From the NCBI RefSeq assembly GCF_009914755.1, contig NC_060936.1: a DNA stretch of 64,000 nt; one strand, given 5' to 3'. This stretch comes from the human T2T-CHM13v2.0 reference genome, Homo sapiens. The notes below the pieces were generated by a model. The model was not told where the DNA came from, did no database searches, and worked only from the letters and a program-made list of their open reading frames with translations. Shown in pieces: positions 14,750 through 31,790 of this stretch (the first letter of the stretch is position 1; every line of letters begins with the position of its first letter). The position numbers were made by a program, and so were the translations under genes.

Positions 14750-15180
14750 GGCCAGGCATGGTGGTTCACACCTCTAATCCCAGCACTTTGGGAGGCCGAG
14801 GTGGGCGGATCACTTGAGGTCAGGAGTTTGAGACCAGCCTGGCCAACACAGTGAAAGCCCATCTCTACTAAAAATACAAAAATTAGCCAGGCATGGTGGC
14901 AGGCACCTGGAATCCCAACTATTCGGGAGGCTGAAGCAGGAGAATCGCTTGAATCCTGGAGGCGGAGGTTGTGGAGGCCATAAGAATAAAACTGACATTT
15001 TAAGGTTTTCACCTGGAAGTTACACGCCACATCGCTTCTGTTTGTTTTTCATTGGCTAAAGCCAGGCACATAGCCACATCTAACCCCAAAGGAGCAGGAG
15101 GTTGCGGTGAGCTGAGATCACGTCACTACACTGGAGCCTGGGAGACAGAGCGAGACTCCACCTCAAAAAAATAAAATAAG
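14750..15180 (+). mobile_element. AluS carrying a 129-bp foreign insert (14971-15099)
   Basis: Alu body interrupted after GGCGGAGGTT and resuming GGTTGCGGTGAGC; TSD TAAAGCTCTTTG at 14737-14748 and 15181-15192. Confidence 0.92.
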
Positions 15181-15780
15181 TAAAGCTCTTTGGGTTATGT
15201 GACCTATCTGCTCTGCAAACGGGCGAGCCATTATGTTGACTTTGCAATTCTATTTCAGGAGAGAATTCAGAAGTGGAAAAATACATCTCCTTCTGATTTG
15301 AAGCAGACTGAAATTGGGTAGGTTCACTTATAATCATCTACCCAGTAGGAGAGTCTTCCATTCACAACACAGACATTAGCCTTAGCACAAGGATCATTGC
15401 GGAGGTTTACACATATGCATTTGGGAGACAGCTGATATCTGCATGGGGTGTGCTCAGAAATGATGCAGTGAAACATACAGAAGTTGTTCATTCATGTGTG
15501 TAATTCTCAAACTTCCCCTTTTCTGAAATTCATTGCACTTGCAGCTCTTATTAAAGTCCTTTTTTCAACTAAAAGCTCAGCAAAGGCAGGCTCCCGAAGG
15601 GAAGCTGAGTCCCCATAGCCTCCTGCCGCATAGCACCGTACCTGACCTATAATAAAAGTAACCAGCACTATCGAGCATTTACAGTGCTAGCCAGACACAC
15701 TTCTAGTTATCTCATTTAAACCTCACAGCTGAGCCTCTGAGGAATGTATTATTATCCCCGACTGAAGATGAAGAGCAGAG

Positions 15781-15825
15781 GCCATTACTTTTAACTGCAA
15801 AACCATAATTTTGCACCAACCTAAT
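15781..15825. mobile_element. Half MADE1 (Hsmar1-derived MITE) inside a MIR
   Basis: gccattacttttaactgcaaaaccataattttgcaccaacctaat resembles the right half of MADE1. Confidence 0.7.
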
Positions 15826-16202
15826 AGTTAAGTAGTAGAGACAGGCTTCAATCCAAGTGGTGTTGCTTGGTACAATCATACATGGTAGATGCTCAGAAAA
15901 CACCAACATGTATGAGCTCAGAACTCAGTATGTCTGAGTTCAGCCAAATGAGGCTAGTTTGTATTATGGTTGTTGGATTAGTTGTTGTGCTTACTCTTTG
16001 GTTTCTAAAATGCTGAAAGGCAAAGTATTATATTAGTACTCTGATTGACAGGTAGGATTCAAAATAGTTGGTGAAAATTGTTGTCTTTTAAAATAATTTT
16101 GTGGCTCTGATAAAAATAATATCTGTTTATTATAAAATGTTCAGAAGTTTAAAAAAAGAAAAAGAAGAAAACATCAGAATAAAATTAGAATAAACAAAAC
16201 TC

Positions 16203-16356
16203 AATTAGCCTGGCATGGTGGCATGCACCTACAGTCCCAGCTACTTGGGAGGCTGAGGCAAGAGGATCCCTTGAACTCAGGAGTTCGAGGCTACAGAGAG
16301 CACTCCTGCCACTGCACTCCAGCCTGGGCAACAGAGTGAGACCTCACTTCTTAAAA
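16203..16356 (+). mobile_element. Alu right-arm monomer (FRAM/AluJ fragment)
   Basis: aattagcctggcatggtggc...gagtgagacctc. Confidence 0.85.
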
Positions 16357-16927
16357 ATCACCAGAAATCCAACAAACTAATTATAGCTATTGTTTCTAGC
16401 CTTTCAAGCAAATTGACACACTTATATACATATTTAGCTCTACATAAGGCATTGTACATAAACAGGATCATAGTACATATACTCTTTCAAACCTATTTTT
16501 AAAAACATTTCTTCATGCACCAGTATATTGTAGAAATAAAGGTCACCATCATTATTCTTTGCAACTGCTTAAGATTGTTTCTCAAAGTCCTATGTGACAA
16601 CATGATCAAGAGCTTCCTTTATATTTTTAAAAAAGTATAAGGATCCCCTTGGATAATATCAGAAGATATGATTTCTGGGAAGTCGCAAGCAATACCCATT
16701 GACATATTGATGTATATCAGTAAACTACCCTCCCCAGATGTATGCTCTGTCATGACATACATTCATCATCACTGGTTTTATAAACCTTTACCAATCTGGT
16801 AGGCAAAATAATCCTGGTAATTTAACTTCTGATTTTTTTAATATATTTTTAATCTTTAGTATATGTTTATAGCCTAGTAGCGTTTCTTAGAGGATAACAT
16901 ATATTACTGGTAGTTTTGAATAGTTAT

Positions 16928-17281
16928 TGTATTAGTCTGTTCTCAGGCTGCTAATAAAGACATACCCGAGACTGGGTAATTTACAAAGGAAAGAGGTTTA
17001 ATTGACTCACAGTTTCACATGGCTAGGGAGGCTTCACAATCATGGTGGATGGCAAATGAGGAGCAAACACATCTTACACGACAGCAGGCAGGAGGACTTG
17101 TGCCGGGGAACTCCCCTTTATAAAATCATCAGATCTCGTGAGGCTTATTCGCTACCACGAGAACAGTATGGGGCAAACCGCCCTGGTGATTCAATAATCT
17201 CCACCTGGTCCTACCCTTGACACGTGGGGATTATTACAATTCAAGGTGAGAGCTGGGTGGAGACACAGCTGAACCATATTA
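16928..17281 (-). mobile_element. THE1 (THE1C-like) solo LTR with 5-bp TSD GTTAT
   Basis: tgtattagtctgttctc...gaaccatatta; GTTAT at 16923-16927 and 17282-17286. Confidence 0.9.
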
Positions 17282-17404
17282 GTTATTTAGGTACAAAAAT
17301 TTTCCTCCCAGCATCACTTACACCAGCTAATAAGCAGAAAGAACCAAAGGGGGAATCTGAACGCCAATGAAAGTATAAACATACAATGGAAGAATATCTT
17401 GTAG

Positions 17405-17442
17405 ACACACACACACACACACACACACATACACACACACAT

Positions 17443-17472
<30 letters not shown>
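17405..17472. repeat. Compound (CA)n(GA)n microsatellite
   Basis: Read directly. Confidence 0.95.
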
Positions 17473-17473
<1 letters not shown>

Positions 17474-19599
17474 ATATTTTGGATGAATATGTGATGGCAT
17501 GGGGAAATTATTATACTACAAAGTTTGAGAAAATTTTTTGAGGAAAAATCACAATGTGAAATAACTTGCAGAATAATCCCAATTACGTTAAAATATATGT
17601 GTTTAAACAAAAAGGCTGGGGAAAAAATTAAAAGGCTAGAAGGAAATACTACAAGAAGTTGTTAATGTTGGTTACCTCCATGGCATGGGATTTTGGCTGA
17701 CTTAAACTTTCTTAATTTTTTGTGCTTGCAGACACTGAATTTTCAAATAGTATGGGGCTAATATTTACCATTTGATTGACTTGTTTATTATTATCAGTGT
17801 GTGGGATCACTCACTCCCAGTTGCTTAACAGTATCATGAATGATTTACCTTCGTCAACCAAATGGACGTGTGCTTTGGTTTATTCATAATTCTAAGGATC
17901 ACATTCATTCGTACTAGCACTATGTTGTGGACAAGATCCCTGCATTTAAGAATTGTGCCATCTGCAAGGGGAGAGAAGACATTTATAGCATAAGAAGAGG
18001 AAAGAGCATGTCTGCTGAGAAATAGCAAAATCTCCTAGAGGAGGTGGCATTTCAGCCCAGTCTTGAAGGATAAGTAGAATTTTTAATGAAACATTTGTTT
18101 TATTTTTCTTCTGACTCTATAAGAAATAAATGCTTATTACAGAAAACAGGAAAATGTGAGAGCTATTAACAGACATTTATAGGGTTATTATCAAGGTGGA
18201 ACACTGTGCCAAATCCTACAGAGCATATTTTTAAAATCTCATTTAATCCCCCTTCCCCACTCCCAGAAACCCTATAAAGTGAGTGCGATTACTTTGTTCA
18301 TTTCAAAGGCAAGGAGATAGATGTGCAAAGGGATTGAATGAGCGACTTCAGGATACGCGATTGGAAAAGCAGCAGAGATAGTACTGGAACCCAAGTCAAC
18401 CTGGTGAAAGAGTCAACATACAGCCCATTGCTTTCAGTCCCTTTTTCCCTCTCCATGAGGTTTTTCCCTCATGGAGAAAATGAGGATTCTCTTGCTGCCT
18501 GCATTCTACTGAGTGTTCATCACTTTAGATAGATGATAGTAGCTGAAGGCATGGGGTAGGTGAGATCACCAGGGAAACATACAGAGAAGAGAGAAAGGCC
18601 TTGGGAACAAGCCCTAAGCTCAGAAATGGGACACCTTCCCAGGTCGGGTCTGGTGGAGAAGAGGCAGCATCAGGGAAAACACAGTGGAGCTAAGCTTGGA
18701 TCTGAACATTAATGGTTGAGAAGGAAGGATGGAGAAGTGGAGGTGCGAGAAGAATGCCACAAGCAAAGGGAGCAGCATTTGCAAAGGCATATCAGATGCA
18801 AGAGACAATATGTTACCTTGGAAAATCAGCAAGCGATTTCAGGATGGCCGCAGCATAGGGTGCATGCGTATGTGAGTACGCCTGCCTATGAGTGCATGCA
18901 TGTTTCTGTGTGTAGGTGTGTGAGTGTATCTGTGTATATCTGTGTGTCTACATGAGTGTGAGTGTGTGTTCAGAAGGCTGGGGTGATGAGACCCTAGAGA
19001 GGAAGTACAAATATCTCTTCAAGATAGAGATTTTATTTCATTTAGGTATATACTCAGAAGTGGCATTGCTGGATCATATGGTAGTTCCATTTTTATTCTT
19101 TTTCTTTGGGTGGGGGGAACTTCCATACTCCTTTCTGCAATGGCTGTACCAATTTACATTCTGGCCATCCATCAATGTACAAGGGTTCCCTTTTCTCCAC
19201 ATCCTTGCCATCCATCCCTTATAAAGGTTTATGATATTATGGAAAGAGTCTGGAAACACAGTGAGATCTGGAAACAGATCCCTGAAATTCAGCTAATCAG
19301 TAGAAACTTTATCTGGAAGGTAATGGAGAGCCTTTGAATTTCTTTTTTGATAATTACAAAAAATGATAAAATGAAAACAAGGCTTTCAGAAGATTCTTGG
19401 GCTGGATGGTTTGGAGAAGGTAGGGGCAGGAGAACAGGAGACCAGTTGGTAGGAAAGTATAATAGTCAAAGTGGGAGGTGATCAGCATGTATATGAGCAT
19501 AGCAGCTATAGGGCAATGGCAGATTTGAGGCTCACTGGTATGAGAAACATGAGACAATTCATGAGATTATCTGAGAAAGTCTATTGACTCCCACCACCA

Positions 19600-20855
<1,256 letters not shown>

Positions 20856-21778
20856 TGAACATTCAAAGCAACAATTTAAAAGCATATCCTTACGTCCTTC
20901 ATCAATTTACAACAAATATTTACTGAGCACTTATACTGTGCCAGGACTATGCATGGGAACCCCTAGCCCAGTGTAGAATCCAGACAAGTAACCAGGCTTT
21001 TGCAACCTAGTGTTGCAAGGGCCCAGAAATCAGCAACCACAGAAGGGGATGGAGGCAGTGGAAGCACCGAAGCCAGTCTTGAAACATCTGGGCCAGCTTC
21101 CTATAGGAGGGGATTCTAAGCTGAGAGACACAGTGTGCGGAGCTAGGAATCCCCATGTGTGTAAGATATGGTTTCTGCCTGGGTGGGTGGGGACAGACAA
21201 GTAGATGACACGATGCTATTTGACACAGGAATGCAGCTAAGCCATGCATATATATATTATATCTTTCTTTAGTCAGGAAAGAAGATTCTCCTTTGAGCAA
21301 ATTTACTCCTTTTAAGAAGGCCGAGCTATTTGGAAAGATGCCCACCAGGATGGCAAAGTGGTGCTTGAGCCCTCCCTGCAGCACACGCCCAGGACTTTGA
21401 AGCAGGGACAGGGTCCTCCTGGCTACTGAAAGGAATCGAGTTAACGCGCCCTAGTGGCAGGTGGCGAATGGCCGGAGATCCGGCCTCCCAGTGGTGTCCA
21501 CCGCCACGGGCCTCCGCTCGACAGGCTTATTTCCCTCCATGCTGGAGCAAACCCCGGCTGAAAGAGGGCCGCACTAATTGGTTTGCGTACCCGAAGTGGG
21601 AATAGAGAGGGAGGAAAACCATGTTTCAGGTGTTACGGGGGGAAAAAAGTGAAATGCGAACCGCAGGGGAGAGAGCGACCGTCAGGCAGACACCTTGTGA
21701 ACCGCGGTGGAGAGCACACCTAGGTGGGGAGGTCACCGGCCCAACCCACCACCCTCCGGGAGAATGAGGGCAGGGACA

Positions 21779-21793
21779 GCAGCAGGGGGCAGC
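21779..21793 (+). promoter_or_regulatory. CTCF-like motif GCAGCAGGGGGCAGC
   Basis: One mismatch to the CCAGCAGGGGGCAGC core, inside the CpG island. Confidence 0.45.
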
Positions 21794-21885
21794 ATCCACG
21801 TCTCTACGCTTGCAAGGGTTCCCCAAGTCCCTGGCCACTGCTCCCCACTTCCTGCAGCCTTGGTGTCCGCCGGGGGCGTGTGTGA

Positions 21886-21940
21886 GGGGCGGGGCCGCAT
21901 GGGGAGGAGGGATTTAAAAAAAAAAAAAGCGAGGTAATTA
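21886..21940 (+). promoter_or_regulatory. Candidate core promoter: GC box GGGGCGGGGC (21886-21895), TTT+A13 TATA-like tract (21913-21928), TAATTA (21935-21940)
   Basis: Motifs read directly, ~600 nt upstream of the ATG; the TSS cannot be fixed from sequence. Confidence 0.5.
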
Positions 21941-22342
21941 GCATTCTCCGATTCCACTGGCTCTCCGCCGCCCCTGCTTTGCATACGCCCGTCCCACTGG
22001 CTGCCCGGGGTTTGCTGGGGTTCGGCAAGGTTTGCAGCCGCCACGGCCGCTGCTGCGCTCCGGTGCAGGGCAGGCTGGCGCCGAGCGAACCAGGGCCGGG
22101 AACTGGGAGCCGGGAGCCGGGAGCCAGCTGCCCGCGGAGCTGCGGCGGCGGCGGCATCTGGGGTGGTCTCAGTCCCACGAACACCGTGGCCGGCGCCCGG
22201 TGGCTACTGCGCCCAGCGGGGCTCAGGGAAGAGCGGTCTAGACACTTTTTATTTTGGAAGAAAGGGGCAAGCCCCGGCGGGAGCTTCCTTCCCGGCCTGG
22301 CTCGCTCCCCATTGCGCCCAGCTCCGGCCCGGACTCTGGAAG

Positions 22343-22408
22343 ATGACTCCAGGGTCTGCTCTGTATCTTCCAGCGGCGGCAGTTCCGGGAGGCAGCCGAA
22401 AGTACTAA
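22343..22408 (+). other. Upstream ORF (21 aa, MTPGSALYLPAAAVPGGSRKY) in the presumed 5'UTR
   Basis: ATG at 22343 with A at -3, TAA at 22406-22408; requires a TSS upstream of 22343. Confidence 0.5.
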
Positions 22409-22530
22409 CAGTTGGTAGCAGCGGCTAGTGGAAAAGTGAGCCAAGGCGGCGCGGACTCGGCTCTCCCCGCGCCCCGCGGCACTCGCTGCTCCTCGCCGCT
22501 CCTTCCCTTTGGCTCCCAGGCGGCTGCAGC

Positions 22531-23797
<1,267 letters not shown>

Positions 23798-24881
23798 TGA
23801 GGAGGCGGCCGGGCTGGAGGTAGCCAGAACAAGAGGTTGCCTGTTTGCTCCTGCACTCGGGTGCGCGTATTTCACGCTGCTGGTGCTGTCCCAGGTCCGG
23901 GAGCGCGAGGTTCCGCCCCCGGTGCGGGGCGGGGCGACAGCTGCCTCCAGCAGGCAGTGAGCAAAACCCAGCACCATTTTTTGGAGCAGGGTTGAGATCA
24001 TTTGCGCTTAGTACATATACTCCACCCCTGCACTGTTTGTTTTGACCTTGAAGATGCCACTTCCCTGGGCGCATGAATTGGGCTCCCTAGGACTTGGGAG
24101 GAGGCGCGTTCCGCTCTCCGCAATCCAGTGCTCCCACTTCCCCCACTCCCTCGGGGGGCACGCAGTGCACGGGGGAAGGAGGGGCCTGGCGGCCGTACCG
24201 GCTGAATGGTTGAAAGCTTGCACGGCCTAGACAGTCGTAAAGGTGTGTGTGGTGAGACTGGGGTGCGGGAAGACTTGTCGGTGCCAAGTTTTTCCAGAGC
24301 AGTTTTTGAGGGCTAGAGCACACAGCTGGTGGGGGCTGCGGGATGGACAAAGCCCCCAATTCCAGCCTCCCAGCTCTTGGCCTCTCCATTCCCTCTGGCA
24401 GGGAGCTGCAGCTCTCACCACTTGGCTGAAGGAGCGCCTCTGGGGATCTGGGCAGGATGGAGCTGGCGGGGGGCAGTTCTGGAGGGGGTTGTTAGTTTAG
24501 GGCGTCGTTTCCAGCAGGTTCTATCATCGTCTCTTCATGCCCCACTGTTTTGAAGGCCTGACTTGGGTAGGTTTGAACCCGCAGTTCTGTCCTTGAAGGG
24601 GGTGGGGCCGGGGCGCTTGTTTTCGAGAGCTCGCGCTGGCGGTGCTGCCCGTCTGCGAAAGCCGGAGCTAGACACTTCAAAGCTTCAATTTTCCACAGGA
24701 AATGGTAGAAACGTAACTGGAGACTCTAAAGGCGAAATAAAACTTTGTTACATATTCGGCGGTTTGGCCAGAGGTTGCGCGGTTGGAGCTGAAATGCAGT
24801 CTTTCTGGGCAGATTTCATTCATGTTGCTGCCTGTCTGTTTCCCGGGGGCTGGAGGAGCACTGCGGTGGGCGGTGCCAAGG

Positions 24882-24953
24882 GTGTGCATGTGCGTGTGAG
24901 AGTCTGTGTGCGCGCGCGTCTGTGCGTGTGTAAGTGTGCTTGTGAGTGTGCGC
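24882..24953. repeat. Alternating purine-pyrimidine (TG/CG) tract, potential Z-DNA former
   Basis: gtgtgcatgtgcgtgtg...tgtgcgcgcgcgtctgtgcgtgtg. Confidence 0.6.
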
Positions 24954-26769
24954 AGGAACAAGCGGGCGCGCAGGGCGCCCGGCTCCAGCCGAAGCCTTTG
25001 GAAACCGACCCTGCCGCCCTCGGTCCCTTCACCTGGATTTGATCGTCAGTGGGGGAGGGGAAGGAAGGAGCAAAGCGGGTGTGTGTTTGTGTGTGTTGGG
25101 GAGGGGAATCCGCACTGATCTCGGAGACTCTTCGGGATCTCTTTGCCAGAGCCCTTCCCCGTCTGCTGCCAGCCAGGGCACAACCCTCAAAGAGAGGATA
25201 TCTTCGAGGCCACACACACACACACACACACACCCTGAAATATCGACTAAGATGGAAACATCTGGGGAGAAGGCATTGGGCTTTGTATGTGCTTCTTCAG
25301 AATGCGGGGATTCACCTGCAAAACCTGGGAGCTTTGGACTGGATTGCTCTTTGTTTGAAACCCTACCTCCACCAAAAAGCACAGAGGGGCTTAATTTCCT
25401 TCCTGGTGGCTCCCATGACAATCATCTTTTACTCTTTGCTGCCCCTGACTCCCAGCTCCTTACCCACCTTCTGGGCCTGGAACCTCTTCTTTTTTCTCCC
25501 TCAGTATTTCCTTTGGAAGGCTCTAGTGTGGAAATCTGGTCACCCTGCCCTACTTCTGCCTTTGCCATTATCCTGAAGTTGTGAGTTTGGACAAGTCACT
25601 TTACATCTTTGGGCCTCAGTTGCCTCATCCGTAAAATAGGGGGCTAGATATGTAATACACCCCCAGGTCCTCTTGTAGCTCTGTGGTAGTTGCTTCTATA
25701 TTTTTTCAAATAGGTTTTACTTTTATGAACCTTAACAACTTTTAAAAACAGTTTTTGTGTTTACCCTTTTTGGAGGAAGTATAATTTAAGGAAGGAGAAG
25801 ACCACAGAGTTGGTTTTGGGCAGGGTGAGTGTGTGACGGTTGGGGTTTGCTGCCATCACAACCTCTCCCACACCACAGCGCTTAACTCTTGGGTTTCGGG
25901 GCCCCTTCAGCCTCCTCTGGGTATGAGATATACTATGATTTCATTGTGATCTCTTCATGCCTTTTCTTTGGGCTTGTTTAAAATGGCAGGTTGAATATGC
26001 AGAAGAGTTAAAGAATGAGTGATTAATTCCTTAGGTATTGGAATCATACATTAAACATCAAACCTATTTCTTAAACTATTTTGTACGGAGTCTTTCTGAT
26101 CTGCAAGCCTTATTAAGGACAACATACCTTACATAATAGATTTTCCCTCCTTTAACTTGGTAGCATCATTTATTTATTCATTTGTGAATTCATTTGTTTA
26201 TCGAAACTTATTACAGTTGCCGAATTCTAGGGTCTGAGCAAGTGCTGGGTAAGAGGTAATAACAGCTAACATGTATCCAGCAGGGCTCTGTATATTGACC
26301 CATTTGATCCCCAGTACCTTTTGAAAAGGTACTACACTATTATCCCCATTATATACAGGAAGAAACTGAGGCATAGGGAACTTAAGTATCTTGCTTATTT
26401 AAATGCAGATAGCCTGGCTCCAGAGTCCGTACTCTTAACTCCTGTCTGTATGACTCTTTAGTGACAGATGAGTTCCCTGCCTTCAGGCATCCCACCTGCC
26501 CTTTATTACCCACACAGGTGAACAGAGACCCTTCCTGTCATATAATTCCTGAATTATATACTTTTTGTTCCTATCAAATGGAACTGGGCAGAACTGGATT
26601 TTTCATGTTTTTCTATCCCCTGCTAAGCCTAAGAGAGGCCCTAGTACACAGTTGGAGCTTATTAGATACCTTTTTGAGTTGAGCAAGCTATTGTACTGTA
26701 TTATACAATGATGTCCTGAAAGAAGCTATTGCTTTTTGAGTTTCTTGAATCATCTTTGCAAGTTTTTCT

Positions 26770-26895
26770 ACTTTGTTGTTATTGTTGTTCTAAAGAAGGG
26801 GTCTCACTATGTTGCCCAGGCTGGCCTTGAACTCCTGAGCTCAAGAAATCCTCCCACCTCAGCCGAGTAGCTGGGACTACAGGCAGGCACTGGCT
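26770..26895 (-). mobile_element. Partial AluJ/monomer
   Basis: gggtctcactatgttgcccaggctggccttgaactcctgagctcaag... Confidence 0.8.
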
Positions 26896-28013
26896 CCAAG
26901 TTCTTCTTCCTTGGTTGCCCCTTCTTACTGCCATTTCTGTACCTGTCCACCTTTCTAATTTGCTGCTGCTAAACTGCCCAGGCTAAGGAATTGTGAAACT
27001 AGTCACATGGGACTGGATTCAGAAAAAAAAGATAATTGGCTCTAAAGCAAAAGAAGGCTTAGGGGCTCTCGAAAATCACATCCATGGGTTTGCTGTGGGC
27101 ATGAACTTTGTGGTTATGTAAAAACTTTTCAGAACTGGAGTTTTGTGTTGATTTTCAGCTGTTTTGAAGAGCCGGGGAAACAGCTAAGGGACCCCATTGA
27201 TGTTTCTGTGGAGTTTTAAAAATTTGACTTGATTGAGCTAAATAAGGAGGGGGCAGAAGTACTTCACTGTGCCTTTGTATGTGCTAGTCATTGTACCTTA
27301 AACTCCTTTAGAGCTGGCCAGTTCCTACTCATCCTTGAAGACTTGGCTTCAAGAATGAGTTGGTCTTCCTGGCTTCCTTGTGAGGGCTTCCTTGATGCAA
27401 CCCCTTCTCCATTCTTATTCATCTCTGTGTCTCCTTCCATATCACTCAGCACAGTGCCTGGCACTTTGTATAACAGATACTCTCTACTGCTTGTTAAACG
27501 AATATAACCAGCTCATTCAATTTTAGGCATTTAAAATTTGCCTATCACCTGTAAAGGCAGTTGTTAAGAGAATGGCCTCTGGTGTTGGACCTCTAGGATT
27601 TGAATTTCAAGGCTGCCATTTTCTAGCTGTGTGTTCTTAGGTATGCGACCCAACCTCTCTGTCCTCCAGTTTCCTCAGCTGTAAAACAGAGGTAATAATT
27701 ACAAGGATTAAATGAGATTATGTGTCTAAGCCTATTATAATCTGGTGCTGACACATGGTAGGTGCTAAAATGATGATGATAGTTGTGATAATCCAGGCAC
27801 AATGGTATCTCATCTCTATCACATCCAGATTAATTCATTCCCACATGCTTAGGGTGGATGGAGCCAACAAGGCACAGAATTTTAACTGGATCCTCCTTTT
27901 TATTATAGCACCAAGTAACTCAGTACACCCACCTCAAGGATTGATGCCATGGGCACAGCCCTGTGGCCAGGGTCACAAAAAGATTGTTTTGGTCAAAGGA
28001 AAATAGCTTATTT

Positions 28014-28130
28014 TGGGGAGGCTGAGGCAGGAAGATTGCTTGGGGCCAGGAGTTTGAGACCAGCTGAAGCAACATAGTAAGATCTCAGCTCTACAAAAAA
28101 TAAATAAATAAAATAAAATAAAATAAAATT
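28014..28130 (+). mobile_element. FLAM/Alu left-arm fragment with (TAAAA)n tail
   Basis: ggaggctgaggcaggaagattgcttggggccaggagtttgagaccagc. Confidence 0.8.
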
Positions 28131-29514
28131 AAGTTAGCTTATTTTATTTGCTGTACTTTAAACTTCAATGATATCTACCTTTAGTGAAGCGGCACCAGGA
28201 AACTTTCTGGATGTAGTCCCTTATGTTAATTGGGATGTGGGTTCAGAGGTATATGCATTTGTCAAACGGGGTTTCACCATGCTGGCCAGGCTGGTATCTA
28301 ATGGTAAACCTAGTATTTGTGCATTTTACTGTATTGTGAAATATACTTCAGTTAAAAAAAAGACACACCAAAAAAAAAAGCCATAGGCATTCTTGAATTA
28401 AATTTTGTTTTAAATGTACAATTTGAAGGGCAGACCGGAAGAGGCAGTATGGAATGATGAAAAGGAAAGGGAGAAAGACCTTACGCTTAGATCTAACCCC
28501 AAATTTTCACTCTACCATTCTCTAGCAAGTGACTTAATTTTGCTGAACTTAGTTTTCTCATCTGTACAGTGAGGATTACAAAACAAAAGAAGATGTATTT
28601 TAAAAAGGAAGAAAACCCAAACCGAACGCAATGGGCGATTACAAAGATTAAATCAGATACAGTTTATAAAAGCACCTGCCACATAGTAGGCACTCGATAA
28701 TAATGGCTTCCTCAAAAAACAGATTATTCAGGCTGGAGATAACAATAATACTTGTGGGATTTTGAATAGTCTCTTTCATTTCAGGGATCCCCAATCACTT
28801 AATAAACATTAATTAACACAAGCCCTCACCTGTCAGCACGGGCTTGGAGGGTAGGTTGGTTTTCAGGTCTCTTGCTTTTCTATTGTCTCTGCACAAAATG
28901 CTTGCTCAGCCGTTTTCCTGTCCCTAAACTGGTCATGCTGTTCTGTTGAGCAGTGTTGCTGTGTTGGACCAAAAATGTCACAGAAGGAACCCATCTTCTT
29001 AAGAGGAACAACAAATGCTATCTCAAGAGCCAGCTGTAGCAGTATCTGTGCTCACAGAGCACCTTTTTAATTAACTGGCTTGATGTAAATTAAAACTTGG
29101 AATTTGGGTCAGTAGAGGGTGATTTGGTTTTCTGTGCAGACTTGCTAGTTCAGTGCTGGGGCATTTGCAAGTTGGGTGTTTTCCTGAAACATAAAATAAA
29201 AATAACAAAATAAAAACAATGAAGGACTAACCTGAAGACCTAGGGTCAAGGGTGGAGTTGATGAACTTTGAATAGAAGGAAGGCCTCTAATTCTGAGTCT
29301 GTTAGTATTTGTGACCTTGAGCCAGGCACCAAACTCATTATTACCAGACTTATTATCTACTGAGAGGTAAATACAAAATAGTAATTGACTCTGGAGTCAG
29401 GCACACCTGTAAGCTGCAGTTTCCCTATCTGTAAAATGGGTATTATAATAAACAGCTCTACTTGTATAGCTTATTATATGCCAGGCACTATTTTAAGAGC
29501 TTTATGTATTATAA

Positions 29515-31790
<2,276 letters not shown>

